Shown: positions 19,606 through 29,241, counted from the stretch's first letter. The stretch is DNA of 30,189 nucleotides from Bdellovibrionota bacterium FG-1 (GCA_051382295.1 JBBCAW010000068.1:1-30189), one strand, 5' to 3'. Made by a program: numbers and translations. The notes: generated from the letters alone by a model not told the origin.

Positions 19606-20478
19606 TTACTTTTTCATCGCTTGGGCCAAAGTAGTACCCAGATCCGCCGGACTGCGCGCGATTTTGACACCAGCCGCCTGCAACGCTTGAAACTTTTCCT
19701 CAGCCGTTCCCTTACCCCCTGAAATAATGGCACCCGCATGGCCCATGCGTTTCCCCGGAGGTGCGGTGGCGCCACCAATAAAGCCAGCCACTGGCTTTTT
19801 GAACTCACGCTTAATGTATTCAGCGGCCTCTTCTTCAGCGGTACCGCCAATTTCACCAATCATGATGACCCCGTGGGTTTCAGGATCCCGATTAAAAGCC
19901 TCGAGCACATCAATAAAGTTCGTGCCGTTGATGGGGTCCCCACCGATCCCCACACACGTGCTCTGACCAATTCCCAACTGAGTCAGTTGGTGCACCGCCT
20001 CGTAAGTCAAGGTCCCCGAACGCGAGACGACCCCGATATTTCCGGTTTTATGAATAGACCCCGGCATAATCCCAATTTTACATTGTCCAGGTGTAATGAT
20101 GCCCGGACAATTAGGGCCAATCAGACGCGAACGAGTCGAGCTCAAATAGCGCTTGGCCACGAGCATATCCTTCACGGGAATGCCTTCAGTGATACACACA
20201 ATCAGGGCAATTCCCGCATCCGCCGCTTCGCAAATCGACTCAGCTGCTCCGGAAGGCGGCACAAAGATCATCGTTGCATTAGCACCCGATTTTTTGACAG
20301 CTTCCGCTACGGTATCCCAAACCGGAAACCCCTCGATGGCGGTCCCACCCTTACCCGGGGTAACACCGCCTACGACGTTGGTTCCATAAGATTTGCAGCC
20401 CTGCGCATGAAAAAGCCCTTGAGAACCGGTAATCCCCTGAACGAGCAGCTTAGTATTCTTATCAACCCAAATAGACAT
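19606..20478 (-). CDS. sucD: Succinate--CoA ligase alpha subunit
   Basis: 'VQGITG', 'IGPNCPG', 'SRSGTLTYE' and 'RMGHAGA'. Confidence 0.98.
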   Translation of the reverse strand: MSIWVDKNTKLLVQGITGSQGLFHAQGCKSYGTNVVGGVTPGKGGTAIEGFPVWDTVAEAVKKSGANATMIFVPPSGAAESICEAADAGIALIVCITEGIPVKDMLVAKRYLSSTRSRLIGPNCPGIITPGQCKIGIMPGSIHKTGNIGVVSRSGTLTYEAVHQLTQLGIGQSTCVGIGGDPINGTNFIDVLEAFNRDPETHGVIMIGEIGGTAEEEAAEYIKREFKKPVAGFIGGATAPPGKRMGHAGAIISGGKGTAEEKFQALQAAGVKIARSPADLGTTLAQAMKK

Positions 20479-20494
20479 TTGAAAATCTCCTCGC

Positions 20495-21691
20495 TCAGAC
20501 GTTTTTCGCTGCTGCCACGACTTTTTTTGCCGCGTTAGTCAAACCATCAGCCGGTGTAATTTTAAGACCCGAGCTCGCCAATAATTCTTTGCCCTTTTCC
20601 ACATTAGTTCCTTCGAGGCGAACCACGAGAGGCACTTTCATTGAAAGTTCCCTGGCTGCTGCGATCACACCTTCGGCGATGACATCACACTTCATGATTC
20701 CGCCAAAGATATTCACTAAAATCGCCTTCACCTTGGGATCCTTCAAAATGATCTTAAAAGCGTTGGAAACCTTTTCTTTATTAGCCCCGCCGCCCACATC
20801 CAAAAAGTTGGCCGGCTCGCCGCCATGCAGTTTGATGATATCCATCGTCGCCATGGCAAGCCCGGCACCATTCACCAAACAACCAATGTTGCCGTCCAGC
20901 GCAATAAAGGCCAGATCAAATTTAGAAGCTTCAACGTCCTGAGGATTTTCTTCCTGAAGATCCCGCATCGCGACGATATCGGCATGACGATACAGACCGC
21001 TGTCATCGAAATTGAATTTAGCATCCAATGCGGCCAAACTGCCCTGTTTGGTAAGAATCAAGGGATTGATTTCAACCAAGGAGGCATCGGTCTCGACGAA
21101 ACACTTATAAATCCCGCCAAAAAATGCGACGGCTTCTTTGAAAAGCGAAGGAGCAAGCCCTAACGCCTGGGCTAATTTACGACCGTGAAAACCTTGATAG
21201 CCCGTGGTCGGATCGATCGCTACTTTAAATATCTTTTCGGGGTGTTTTGCGGCAACTTCTTCGATTTCCATCCCCCCTTCGGTGGAAGCCATCATCACGA
21301 CTTGCGCAATCGCGCGATCGACAACCACGCCCAAGTAAAATTCCTTGGCGATTTCACTGCCCTCTTCGATCCACACTTTGTGGACCTTTTTACCATGTAC
21401 GCCGGTCTGTGGCGTCACCAGGGTTTTGCCGATAATTTCCTGGGCCGCCGCTTTGACGGCTGTCAAATCTTTACAGACCTTGACGCCACCCGCTTTGCCG
21501 CGACCGCCGGCGTGAATTTGCGCTTTCACCACCCAAACGGCGTTGTCCCGTTCTTTTTGGAGGTCTTTTGCGGCGGCCTCTGCGCGCCCCGCAATATCAG
21601 CCCCCTCTTCAACGAGCCGTCCTTCCGGAACACGGACCCCAAACTTCTTGAGCAGTTGCTTGCCTTGATACTCATGAATATTCACGCTCAA
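20495..21691 (-). CDS. sucC: Succinate--CoA ligase beta subunit
   Basis: 'NIHEYQGK', '[14 protein letters not shown]', '[11 protein letters not shown]' and 'NFLDVGGG'. Start is TTG 21691 or GTG 21685. Confidence 0.98.
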   Translation of the reverse strand: MSVNIHEYQGKQLLKKFGVRVPEGRLVEEGADIAGRAEAAAKDLQKERDNAVWVVKAQIHAGGRGKAGGVKVCKDLTAVKAAAQEIIGKTLVTPQTGVHGKKVHKVWIEEGSEIAKEFYLGVVVDRAIAQVVMMASTEGGMEIEEVAAKHPEKIFKVAIDPTTGYQGFHGRKLAQALGLAPSLFKEAVAFFGGIYKCFVETDASLVEINPLILTKQGSLAALDAKFNFDDSGLYRHADIVAMRDLQEENPQDVEASKFDLAFIALDGNIGCLVNGAGLAMATMDIIKLHGGEPANFLDVGGGANKEKVSNAFKIILKDPKVKAILVNIFGGIMKCDVIAEGVIAAARELSMKVPLVVRLEGTNVEKGKELLASSGLKITPADGLTNAAKKVVAAAKNV

Positions 21692-21795
21692 ATCTCCTTT
21701 TTCAAGAATGCGTAATCACATTTGAATCGGAACGGCCTGCTTGGTCAACATGAAAGGCACGGTGTGCGCTGCGTTATCTCGAAATCGTGGGATAG

Positions 21796-22029
21796 GTGGG
21801 ATGCTTCGGCGGCATTTACTGCCGGGGTGCGGCAATTCGAGGTACTCACCCCGGACTCAGTTGGGGCTACTGCCGCGTCGAGGCAGCTCGGGGCACTGAC
21901 CCGGGGGTGAACGGCGGTTACTGCCGCGTCGAGGCAGCTCGAGGCACTCACCCCGGACTCAGTTGGGGTTACTGCCGCGCACAGGCAGCTCGAGGCACTG
22001 CCCTCCACACCACACGCCGCCCACCATAA
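21796..22029 (+). CDS. Candidate small Cys-repeat peptide (YCRxxAARGTxPGxxxG repeats)
   Basis: Differences between repeat units are often synonymous in this frame. GTG start and weak RBS. Confidence 0.25.
   Translation: MGCFGGIYCRGAAIRGTHPGLSWGYCRVEAARGTDPGVNGGYCRVEAARGTHPGLSWGYCRAQAARGTALHTTRRPP
21816..21999. repeat. Tandem array with 51-bp period: four 31-bp cores (TTACTGCCGCGTCGAGGCAGCTCGAGGCACT consensus) and three 20-bp linkers (A,B,A)
   Basis: Cores start at 21816, 21867, 21918 and 21969. Each has a CTGCC-N7-GGCA(G/A) inverted repeat. Confidence 0.9.
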
Positions 22030-22062
22030 ACAACAACGCCCCAGTCACTCAAGACCGGGGCG
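22026..22062 (-). terminator. Probable terminator of the VWA lipoprotein gene
   Basis: CGCCCCGGTC-TTGAGT-GACTGGGGCG followed by TTGTTGTTTAT on the minus strand. Confidence 0.6.
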
Positions 22063-22088
22063 CCGCCGCTTTTACTTACTCACTGCAA

Positions 22089-23648
22089 TCAGGAGATGAA
22101 GCCGCAGTTAATCCCTGTGCACGAACCCGGATCAGGGGTGGACGTAGGCACAGGATCAGGGGTGGTACTCGGATCAGGAGTCACGCTCGGGCTAGGCGTT
22201 ACACTCGGATCAGGAGTTACACTCGGATCAGGAGTTACGCTCGGGCTAGGCGTTACACTCGGATCAGGAGTTACGCTCACACTAGGAATCGGATCCAGTG
22301 CTGGCGAACAATAATGGAGCGCCACCTGAGTTCCTGCTGCAGCTTGCGCCACAAGATGAGCTACCAAGCGATCTTCCAACCACTGAGCAGCCACAGCTTG
22401 TCCATCCACTTTGGCTACCAAAGTCTGAGCATCGACTGGAGTATGGGTCAAAATAAAATCCGATTTTCCAGGACCTGCGAAAACACTGTCCTGAGCCAAA
22501 TCTCGAAGCCCAGTCAGCGATGCATTGGCACCCATATCGAGTTCAAAACCCGAGGCTAACTGCACAAGGTCGAGGTAACCTTTTCCAAGTCCTTTTCCGA
22601 GCTTTCTCGGAACGTTTTTTAAGTTGGAATAGAGCATTCCAGCCACGGTGACTGGATTATTTCCGGCCACTGCCTTGAGTTCACTGAAAACTAGACCTGA
22701 ACTCAAACGAGTCCATCGAAAAGAGTTACCACGACCGTCATCATCCCGATCATCCCGATCATCCCGATCATCCCGATCATCCCGATCATCGCGGTCATCG
22801 TGATCTCGATCATCATGATCACCACAAGAGTCCTTCGATTGCTGAACCTTTTCCTTAACCCAGCACAAAGGAGACAATACGCCCACCACACTCGAACAGA
22901 GGTCCTGATTGTCCGAAATCATAAGCACCATCAAGCCGGCATCTTTTCGGAAAAAACCTACTTCACGAGCTTCACTCACCGCCTGGGCTTGCAAGATTTG
23001 ATGAAGTGAATAAAGCCCGGGTTCACCGTAAGAATTCTCCAAAACATGTCTCTTTTTATGGGGATGATCCGGACAATCATGCTCATGATGACCATCACTG
23101 TCGTCATCGTCTTCGCGATGATGATTGTGCCGAACTTCATCCGTCACAAACAACAACTTTTCCTTAATCCTGGCGACCAAATCATCACGACTCACTCGCG
23201 CTGAATCAATGAACCAGGTTTCGCCCTTTTTGGCTCGATGATCATTGTCTTTAGTCACACCGCCATTAGCCATCATCACGGCAACCCGAAAATCCAATTT
23301 TGAAGGAAGGGCACGAATAAACGATTCCACTCCATCGGCAACCCGTGCGTTTTCGTCAGCCATCGAGGCCGAAGTGTCTTTGATGATCAAAAGATCCGTT
23401 TTCACTCCGGCTACGGAAACAGCGTCATCATAACAGGCACCAGGAACCGCCAAGAAAGAACCCACTCCCACATTGGGTGGAACCGCAGGACTTAAAGAAG
23501 GCACCGGCGATGCCGAAGCCTCTACCTTTGAATCTTTATTAGTCAACGCGCCGGGAGGAACACAACCTATTCCCAAAAGCGCCCCTCCCATCGCAAGAGC
23601 GACACCTGAAGATTTGATTTGAGCTAAAAAGTTTGAGTACTGCGCCAT
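22089..23648 (-). CDS. Lipoprotein with VWA-like (MIDAS) domain, His/Asp-rich inserts and Pro/Ser/Thr-rich tail
   Basis: Lipobox 'LLGIGC', MIDAS-like 'LLIIKDTSASM' and 'FFRKDAGLMVLMISD'. GGAGG RBS. Confidence 0.75.
   Translation of the reverse strand: MAQYSNFLAQIKSSGVALAMGGALLGIGCVPPGALTNKDSKVEASASPVPSLSPAVPPNVGVGSFLAVPGACYDDAVSVAGVKTDLLIIKDTSASMADENARVADGVESFIRALPSKLDFRVAVMMANGGVTKDNDHRAKKGETWFIDSARVSRDDLVARIKEKLLFVTDEVRHNHHREDDDDSDGHHEHDCPDHPHKKRHVLENSYGEPGLYSLHQILQAQAVSEAREVGFFRKDAGLMVLMISDNQDLCSSVVGVLSPLCWVKEKVQQSKDSCGDHDDRDHDDRDDRDDRDDRDDRDDRDDDGRGNSFRWTRLSSGLVFSELKAVAGNNPVTVAGMLYSNLKNVPRKLGKGLGKGYLDLVQLASGFELDMGANASLTGLRDLAQDSVFAGPGKSDFILTHTPVDAQTLVAKVDGQAVAAQWLEDRLVAHLVAQAAAGTQVALHYCSPALDPIPSVSVTPDPSVTPSPSVTPDPSVTPDPSVTPSPSVTPDPSTTPDPVPTSTPDPGSCTGINCGFIS
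22128..22295. repeat. 18-bp in-frame repeats encoding PSVTP(D/S)
   Basis: Recurrent ctcggatcaggagttac and ctcgggctaggcgttac units. Confidence 0.9.
22740..22793. repeat. 9-bp in-frame VNTR (ATCATCCCG)x5 plus a degenerate copy, encoding (RDD)n
   Basis: Read directly from the sequence. Confidence 0.92.
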
Positions 23649-23787
23649 AAAGCCTCCAATTGTTAAACTATATAAACATTGTTATATAAATCAAACAAAT
23701 AGGCAACACTTGTTTTACCTCACGCATAACTCATTGTTTTTTAACAAATAAAATAAGTAACTCAAAAAGACTGAATCAACACATCCC

Positions 23788-25230
23788 TCAGGTACCACCC
23801 GAAATCACACGCGTTAAGTGAGGATGAATCCAAGGTAACGCTTCTTCGAGCTGACGGGCCACTTGGAGAATGACCGCTTCTCCCTGGGGCGGCCCAATGA
23901 GCTGAGCCCCGATCGGAATCCCTAATTTTGAAAGCCCGGCAGGAACACTGATCGCGGGCTGACCCGTCACATTACAAAACGCGGTAAAGGCCCCGAGTTC
24001 CGCAACTTTCATAAAGGTACTCACGGGATCCTCGTTCTGCGAAAATGCTCCAATGCGAGGTGCAAGCACGGGCACCGTCGGCGTCAACCATAGATCGGCG
24101 CTTTCGAACCAAAGTAAAAAACGCCGTTCCAGCTCACGGTGGTGCTTCAATACGTCCTTGGCTTTGAGTTTCCGTCCCTCATCCCTGAGCCACCGAGTAA
24201 TCGGCTGCACCCGACTCCAAAAGACAAGCGGGAGGCTTGCGATCAAAAACTGCCAAAGCACCAAAAACTCTTCGACTGTCGCCCCACTAGGCCCCTCGGA
24301 TTCGAAGACTTCATGCCCCAAACTGCTCAAGGTTTTTGCTACTCCAGCGATAGCGGCCTTCACCTCAGGGTCCGCCTTACAAACCGGAGAATCGTAGGTC
24401 ACCCGAATTCGCAATTTCCCGGGCGATTTTCGAGCTAATTGTGAAAAAGGTTGTGATGGAGGCGTGGCCCAATGCGGTTTTCCGTCGGTGATCCCGGCCA
24501 TGATATCAAGCAATGCCGCCGCCTCATCCACCGTTCGAGTGAGCGCACCGCTCGTATAAAGGATCTGGCGATCGGACAGATTGAATTGATTCGGGATGCG
24601 ACCGCGCGCGGGCTTCAGACCCACGAGCCCCGTAAACGAAGCGGGAATGCGAATCGAGCCTCCGCCATCGCTTCCATGCGCAACCGGAAGCAATCCGGCT
24701 GAAACCGCGACGGCTGATCCGCCGCTCGAACCGCCAGCTGTATAATCAGGGTTCCAAGGATTTCGAGTGGGAGGGTGAATCTCCGGCTCGGTCACCGGCA
24801 GGGCTCCGAATTCAGAGGTGGCGAGTTTTCCCAAAATTACAAAACCCGCCCGCCGAAGCGGAGAAACCGTCGCATCGTCAAAAGGTGCCCAAATTGGCAA
24901 CATTCCCGCCGACCCATATCGCGTGCGCATCAGCCTGACGAAGTTCAAATCCTTGATCCCAATGGGCACACCATGAAATGGCGGAAGCACCTCTCCCGCC
25001 CGAACCCGAACATCCTTTCGACGTGCCTCCCGGATCGCGCTCTGAGCATACACGGCGACAAACGCCTGAAGTTTTGGATTCAGGCGATCGATCTGCGCCA
25101 GGTACAAGCGCACCAGCTCCTCGGATGAAAGCCTCTTCTGCGCGATGAGCGCCGCCTGTTCAAGACACGTCCTATTCAAAAGATCCTGAGATATTTCCAC
25201 GCTACTTAAAAAGATAGGCGAAGAACCCAA
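23788..25230 (-). CDS. Amidase signature family protein
   Basis: Lys-cisSer-Ser triad motifs 'GVPIGIKDL', 'GGSSGGSA' and '[13 protein letters not shown]'. Start uncertain (TTG 25230 or GTG 25200). Confidence 0.93.
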   Translation of the reverse strand: MGSSPIFLSSVEISQDLLNRTCLEQAALIAQKRLSSEELVRLYLAQIDRLNPKLQAFVAVYAQSAIREARRKDVRVRAGEVLPPFHGVPIGIKDLNFVRLMRTRYGSAGMLPIWAPFDDATVSPLRRAGFVILGKLATSEFGALPVTEPEIHPPTRNPWNPDYTAGGSSGGSAVAVSAGLLPVAHGSDGGGSIRIPASFTGLVGLKPARGRIPNQFNLSDRQILYTSGALTRTVDEAAALLDIMAGITDGKPHWATPPSQPFSQLARKSPGKLRIRVTYDSPVCKADPEVKAAIAGVAKTLSSLGHEVFESEGPSGATVEEFLVLWQFLIASLPLVFWSRVQPITRWLRDEGRKLKAKDVLKHHRELERRFLLWFESADLWLTPTVPVLAPRIGAFSQNEDPVSTFMKVAELGAFTAFCNVTGQPAISVPAGLSKLGIPIGAQLIGPPQGEAVILQVARQLEEALPWIHPHLTRVISGGT

Positions 25231-25252
25231 CCAAGTCTCTCAAAAAAGAGCC

Positions 25253-26551
25253 TCAGCTCCCCTTTACACTTAAGCCGAGTTTTCCGGGACCATTCCATAC
25301 ATGCACGACCTCAGCGACACGCTCAAAAACCCAGTGCGCTAAAGGCGCAAGCTCAGAGGACTCATCCCAAGTCTCTATGAGCAAAAGCAACAAACCCAAA
25401 TCCAGATCACCTGGAATCGCCGAAGACTGTTTGAGAAAGCCAGCCAACAGGGCGATTTTCTCGTCAGATTTTCCGGACTTTCTCAAAAACTCGATATAAT
25501 TTTCAGATGGATTTTTAGTCAGGGCCGCCATTTGCTGAATCTGTTGATGCATAAAACTCCGACGGGCTTCAGGAAGCTTGTCTAGCGCATCCATCAATAC
25601 TTTGAATTGATCTGCGATCAAGCGAGCGTTCCTTAAATCCATCCACGACGAGGGGGCCTCCATCAAGCCATCGTTTTCTGGGTCCAGTCCTCGAAAGGCC
25701 TCCCCCAAACTATAGGAAATCAACCATGAAACCTGGCGCGCATCCATTGAGTCATTCACTTGCACCAAGGCATCAAAGAAATGTAAGCTTGCGCTCAGCG
25801 CTTCAAAAAGATCGACCTCGCTGGCCACAAAATAGCGCGCAAACGGGGACAGCTTTCCTGCAAACTCAAGCGACGCCATACTGCAAGAAATCAAGCTCAC
25901 GCTGGCCAGAGATTTTCCAGAAACCTTTGAAAATCCCGCCATTTTGAGAGATTTTAAGAAAACACGCTGATCATAACCGTGCTCGGGATTGCTGTAATCA
26001 AAGGGCGACACCGTCTGAGACCCAGACTCATAAGGCATGCGGAAGGAATGCCCGCGGTAAATGAGATGAAGTTCACTTTTTGGAAAAAGGGACTGCGAAA
26101 AACTCAATAAGGCACTCAACACTTTAGGGTCGGTTTGATCGATCTCGGGAACGTGACGTTCCAGAATTTTCTGCCCGCGCGCGTAAACTTTGAACCAAAC
26201 CGCCCACGGCTTGCTCGCGGTATACCAATGATCCGTCCCGCGTTGGTCATGAAGGAGGACGACATTGCACGACTCGCAGCTTTCCGCGAGCCTTTCGATC
26301 CGCTCAACCTCAAACTTATCGCCGCGATAAAGCTTGGATTCTGCATTCGGGGCGGAGCTCTGAGCCACAAAATGATCTGCATCACCATTGACCCAAAACA
26401 CGAGCGTGTTTCGAGCTACGCCCGTCAGAGGTGCAACAGGTCCAGCGAAAAGCTTTTTGATAGAGCTTTCCTGATTCCAAGCCCAGGCCTGGGGTTGGAA
26501 TGCTAACAGGGAAACGAACAACAAAAATAGATACGAAATTTTCACGGCCAT
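25253..26551 (-). CDS. Secreted clostripain-related (C11-like) cysteine peptidase
   Basis: Signal peptide ending 'AWA'. Family-like motifs 'VFWVNGD.D', 'DPKVL..LL.F....FP', His motif 'LIYRGHS', Cys motif 'LISCSMASLE' and 'YFVASE'. Confidence 0.7.
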   Translation of the reverse strand: MAVKISYLFLLFVSLLAFQPQAWAWNQESSIKKLFAGPVAPLTGVARNTLVFWVNGDADHFVAQSSAPNAESKLYRGDKFEVERIERLAESCESCNVVLLHDQRGTDHWYTASKPWAVWFKVYARGQKILERHVPEIDQTDPKVLSALLSFSQSLFPKSELHLIYRGHSFRMPYESGSQTVSPFDYSNPEHGYDQRVFLKSLKMAGFSKVSGKSLASVSLISCSMASLEFAGKLSPFARYFVASEVDLFEALSASLHFFDALVQVNDSMDARQVSWLISYSLGEAFRGLDPENDGLMEAPSSWMDLRNARLIADQFKVLMDALDKLPEARRSFMHQQIQQMAALTKNPSENYIEFLRKSGKSDEKIALLAGFLKQSSAIPGDLDLGLLLLLIETWDESSELAPLAHWVFERVAEVVHVWNGPGKLGLSVKGS

Positions 26552-26562
26552 AAGCTTCGTAA

Positions 26563-27189
26563 TTAGAACCCAGTGACTGCGCTAATAAAAAATTCCGGAA
26601 CTAAACCGATGATATCGAAAGGAATAGTAACGATGCTTACGAGCGATGCCATGCCGATGCCAAGAGCACCAGAATAGGGCATCATGCTTGCCGGCGATCC
26701 ATATGCCGAAAAGGGAATGCACTGCTGTTCTCTCCCCTGGTTAGAATCGTCAGCAATGGGATCATAACAGTCGTCCCAGACAATCCGAGTGAGAAAGAAT
26801 AAGTAATTGCCCGATTGCATGATTCGCTGAAGCTCGGCTCCTTCCATAGCTATCAAGATGTCTTTGTCACCGATCGCTTTAATCGAGTCGATGGCAAGCC
26901 CAGCACCTTTGTCAAAGCTGGCGAGATCCACGCCATTCTTGCCAACCATTTCGCGGTTTTTCGCGACAACCTGAGACAAATCCGCGATGATCTCACCTGA
27001 ATTGCGCATCATCTTGTGACGAGCAATACGGCCCTTCATGAACTTAACCAGCACTTCTTTTTGCTGAACATTCAGCGCAATTTTGGAAATGCTCTCATCC
27101 GCATGAGCGACTGCCTGAGTGAAAATGGCCACTGCCATCATGAAAGACCACACGCCGGTGGCCCTCAAAAAATTCTTTACTTGTTTCAT
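26563..27189 (-). CDS. Secreted hypothetical protein, paralog A (conserved N-terminus, variable Cys-containing C-terminus)
   Basis: Signal peptide ending 'AHA' and AGGAG RBS. Paralog at 29407..29988. Confidence 0.85.
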   Translation of the reverse strand: MKQVKNFLRATGVWSFMMAVAIFTQAVAHADESISKIALNVQQKEVLVKFMKGRIARHKMMRNSGEIIADLSQVVAKNREMVGKNGVDLASFDKGAGLAIDSIKAIGDKDILIAMEGAELQRIMQSGNYLFFLTRIVWDDCYDPIADDSNQGREQQCIPFSAYGSPASMMPYSGALGIGMASLVSIVTIPFDIIGLVPEFFISAVTGF

Positions 27190-27288
27190 CGTTATTCTCC
27201 TGTCGAGTAAAATTTTAAATCAATTAATGATGCACTGCATTACCTTATTAAGACACACTGCGTCAATGACAATTTAATTTTATCTCCC
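26860..27288. repeat. Segmental duplication copy A (5' half of the secreted gene plus upstream region); copy B at about 29659..30060
   Basis: Long near-identical stretches, e.g. tcaccgatcgctttaatcgagtcgatggcaagcccagcacctttgtcaaa and gcactgcattaccttattaagacaca. Confidence 0.92.
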
Positions 27289-27440
27289 TCGCTCGCTCGT
27301 TTTTCACGTCCAACAAACAATCCCCAAAGCTGTGTAAAAACAGGGAGTTTACTTTCGTAAAACGATTCAGAGTATAGGCAGAATAACCCGCTACTGAGTG
27401 AAAATAAGGTCGATTCATTGGGTAGTTCTGAATATATATC

Positions 27441-27470
27441 TTGCAATTACATAGTATGTAGTAGTAAGAT
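27441..27470 (+). promoter_or_regulatory. Putative promoter with internal palindromic operator for the TA-like pair
   Basis: TTGCAA-N18-TAAGAT with TACATA-G-TATGTA (27448-27460) in the spacer. Confidence 0.6.
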
Positions 27471-27476
27471 ATACAA

Positions 27477-27752
27477 GTGAGTCCGAAGCTCCCGCGCCGC
27501 TACCTCGATGAACAGAACTTTTTGGAGATCGCTTACTACGAGATCCAGGCGGATCAGTTTAGACCCCACGGCTGGCACTACAGATTGGCCTGGATTCAAA
27601 ATGGAAAATGCCGCGTCCTGTTTGATAACCACCATGGCAAAGCCGACCACTACCACGCGGATGACGAGGAGTTTCTCTATACTTTTTCTGATGTGGACCA
27701 GCTCATTGCCGATTTTACGAGTCTAATCCGAAAGCTTGGAGGTCCGATATGA
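27477..27752 (+). CDS. DUF6516 / TumE-like putative toxin
   Basis: 'PHGWHYRLAW...RVLFDNHHGKADHYH...YTFSDVDQLIADF' matches the family pattern. ATGA overlap with the next gene. Confidence 0.75.
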   Translation: MSPKLPRRYLDEQNFLEIAYYEIQADQFRPHGWHYRLAWIQNGKCRVLFDNHHGKADHYHADDEEFLYTFSDVDQLIADFTSLIRKLGGPI

Positions 27753-28165
27753 ACGCAGGTAAACTTAAGATTCGATTTCAGACGCTTGATCAAACCTTTG
27801 GGGACTTCAAAGAAGATTGGAAGGCCGTCGAAAAAGGAGGAAAACCTTCTAAGTGTGGGACCACAGCCAGCCCCCTTCTGATGATGGATTACTCGATGTT
27901 TCCGAAGGTTTTTTCAACCGAACGTTTGCGGATCATCCACACGATCCAGGAAAAACGCCCGACTTCAGTAAGCGAGTTGGCCCAAATCCTGGAGCGTGAA
28001 CAGGCCAACGTTCACCGCGACGTGCACTTTCTGGCGGAACTCGGGATTTTGGAACTCACGCGAGTCAAAGAGGAAGGCAAACCGGAGGCGGTCCGACCTG
28101 AGTTTAAATGGGCGGGCTTTGATATCGAGATGGAAAGCAAAAAAGAGGGCGATGAGGCGGCCTAA
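27749..28165 (+). CDS. Winged-HTH DNA-binding protein (HVO_A0114-like), putative antitoxin
   Basis: 'STERLRIIHTI....PTSVSELAQILERE..NVHRDVHFLAELGIL'. GGAGG RBS. Confidence 0.78.
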   Translation: MNAGKLKIRFQTLDQTFGDFKEDWKAVEKGGKPSKCGTTASPLLMMDYSMFPKVFSTERLRIIHTIQEKRPTSVSELAQILEREQANVHRDVHFLAELGILELTRVKEEGKPEAVRPEFKWAGFDIEMESKKEGDEAA

Positions 28166-28223
28166 ACACCTGCGCCTGACGCTCGCTCGTATTTGGCACG
28201 GTCGATGACCGCTTTAGTCAGCT

Positions 28224-29187
28224 TCATTTTAGCTTTTGCTCCAATTCGATTTCATTGCGTTCGCGCCTAAGTTCTTGAGCAAGTTCCTTTTCGGTAGGTA
28301 GGTACATCTTGTAGCGAGATGCAAAAATTCGCTCATGGCGTTGATTGAGCGTGTATCGAACCACCGCCTCATTTTTATCCGCGCCAAGAATAATTCCTAT
28401 GGTGGGTTGATCCCCCTCCGTTCTGCGTTCCGCATCAAAATAATTTACATAGAGAAGCATTTGCCCGAGATCCCCGTGGCTGATCTTGGTTGCTTTGAGA
28501 TCAAGCAAAACAAAGCACTTAAGGATCGTATGGTAAAAAACGAGATCAACATAAAAATGATCGCCATCGAGGGTAAATCGCTGTTGCCTGCCGATAAAAG
28601 CGAACCCTCGGCCCAACTCCAGAAGAAAGCTTTTCAGCTTCTCGACCAACGCTTTTTCAAGATCAGACTCCTGGCAGTCGCCATTCTCCTTCAGTCCGGT
28701 AAACTCAAGAACATACGGATCGCGGATCAGATCGATCGGGGTAAATTTTTCTGATTCCTTGGAATCCAGGTTTTTAAGTGCTTTTTTCTTATCTTTGGAA
28801 ACAAGAAGTCGTTCAAACAAAAGCGAGTTGATTTGCCGTTCGAGTTCTCGCGTGGACCAGTGAGCGCGAACGCACTCAGTTTCGTAAAACTCGCGTGCAG
28901 GCGGCTTTTCGACGCTGCAAAGCAGGCGGTAATGCGTCCAGCTCATTAAGGAGCTGCTCGCCATATCCCGCTCGGGCAGCCCCTCTCTGCTCCTCCTGTA
29001 CGATTTCGCGGCCTATTTCCCAGTACGCTCGTACCATCGTGGCATTAACCGCTTGAAGAGCCTGCCCACGCGACCGCGCAAGAATTTCGCGAATCCGGAT
29101 AAAAAACTCAGGCGCGACCGACGAGGCGACGGGAGCTTTTTTCGGAATATCCGTATTCGCTGTTTTAGGTTTCTTCTTCTTTACCAT
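28224..29187 (-). pseudogene. DUF1016/YhcG-family PD-(D/E)XK nuclease with internal deletion and frameshift
   Basis: The N-terminal frame ('VNATMVRAYWEIGREIV.EEQ.G..RAGYGEQLLNEL') switches directly into 'SWTHYRLL...RDPYVLEF...LLELGRGFAF...DLVFYH...LDLK'. The family's usual 'GFS..NL..MR.FY' segment is absent. Confidence 0.85.
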
Positions 29188-29241
29188 CTGGTGACTTTAA
29201 ACTCCAAGTCACCAATAAATCATCAGGAAACATCGGAATCG

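Noticed and set aside
17987..20538. Long plus-strand ORFs 17987..18769 and 19738..20538
   Set aside because: Antisense to the well-supported nadE and sucD genes.
21816..21999. CRISPR array or TIGR-like guide array
   Set aside because: Linkers are only 20 bp, two are identical and the third is 11/20 similar. Cores vary internally, and no cas or other effector gene is visible in the window.
21745..22008. 87-aa minus-strand ORF across the 51-bp array
   Set aside because: Unit differences are mostly non-synonymous in this frame, and it is open largely because the period is a multiple of three.
23649..23787. AT-rich gap with imperfect palindrome (ATATAAACATTGTTATAT)
   Set aside because: Likely just the promoter region of the VWA gene; the palindrome is not significant in such AT-rich DNA.
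28157..28223. Integron attC site after the antitoxin gene
   Set aside because: GCCTAAAC only resembles RYYYAAC. There is no matching GTTRRRY end or extended palindrome.
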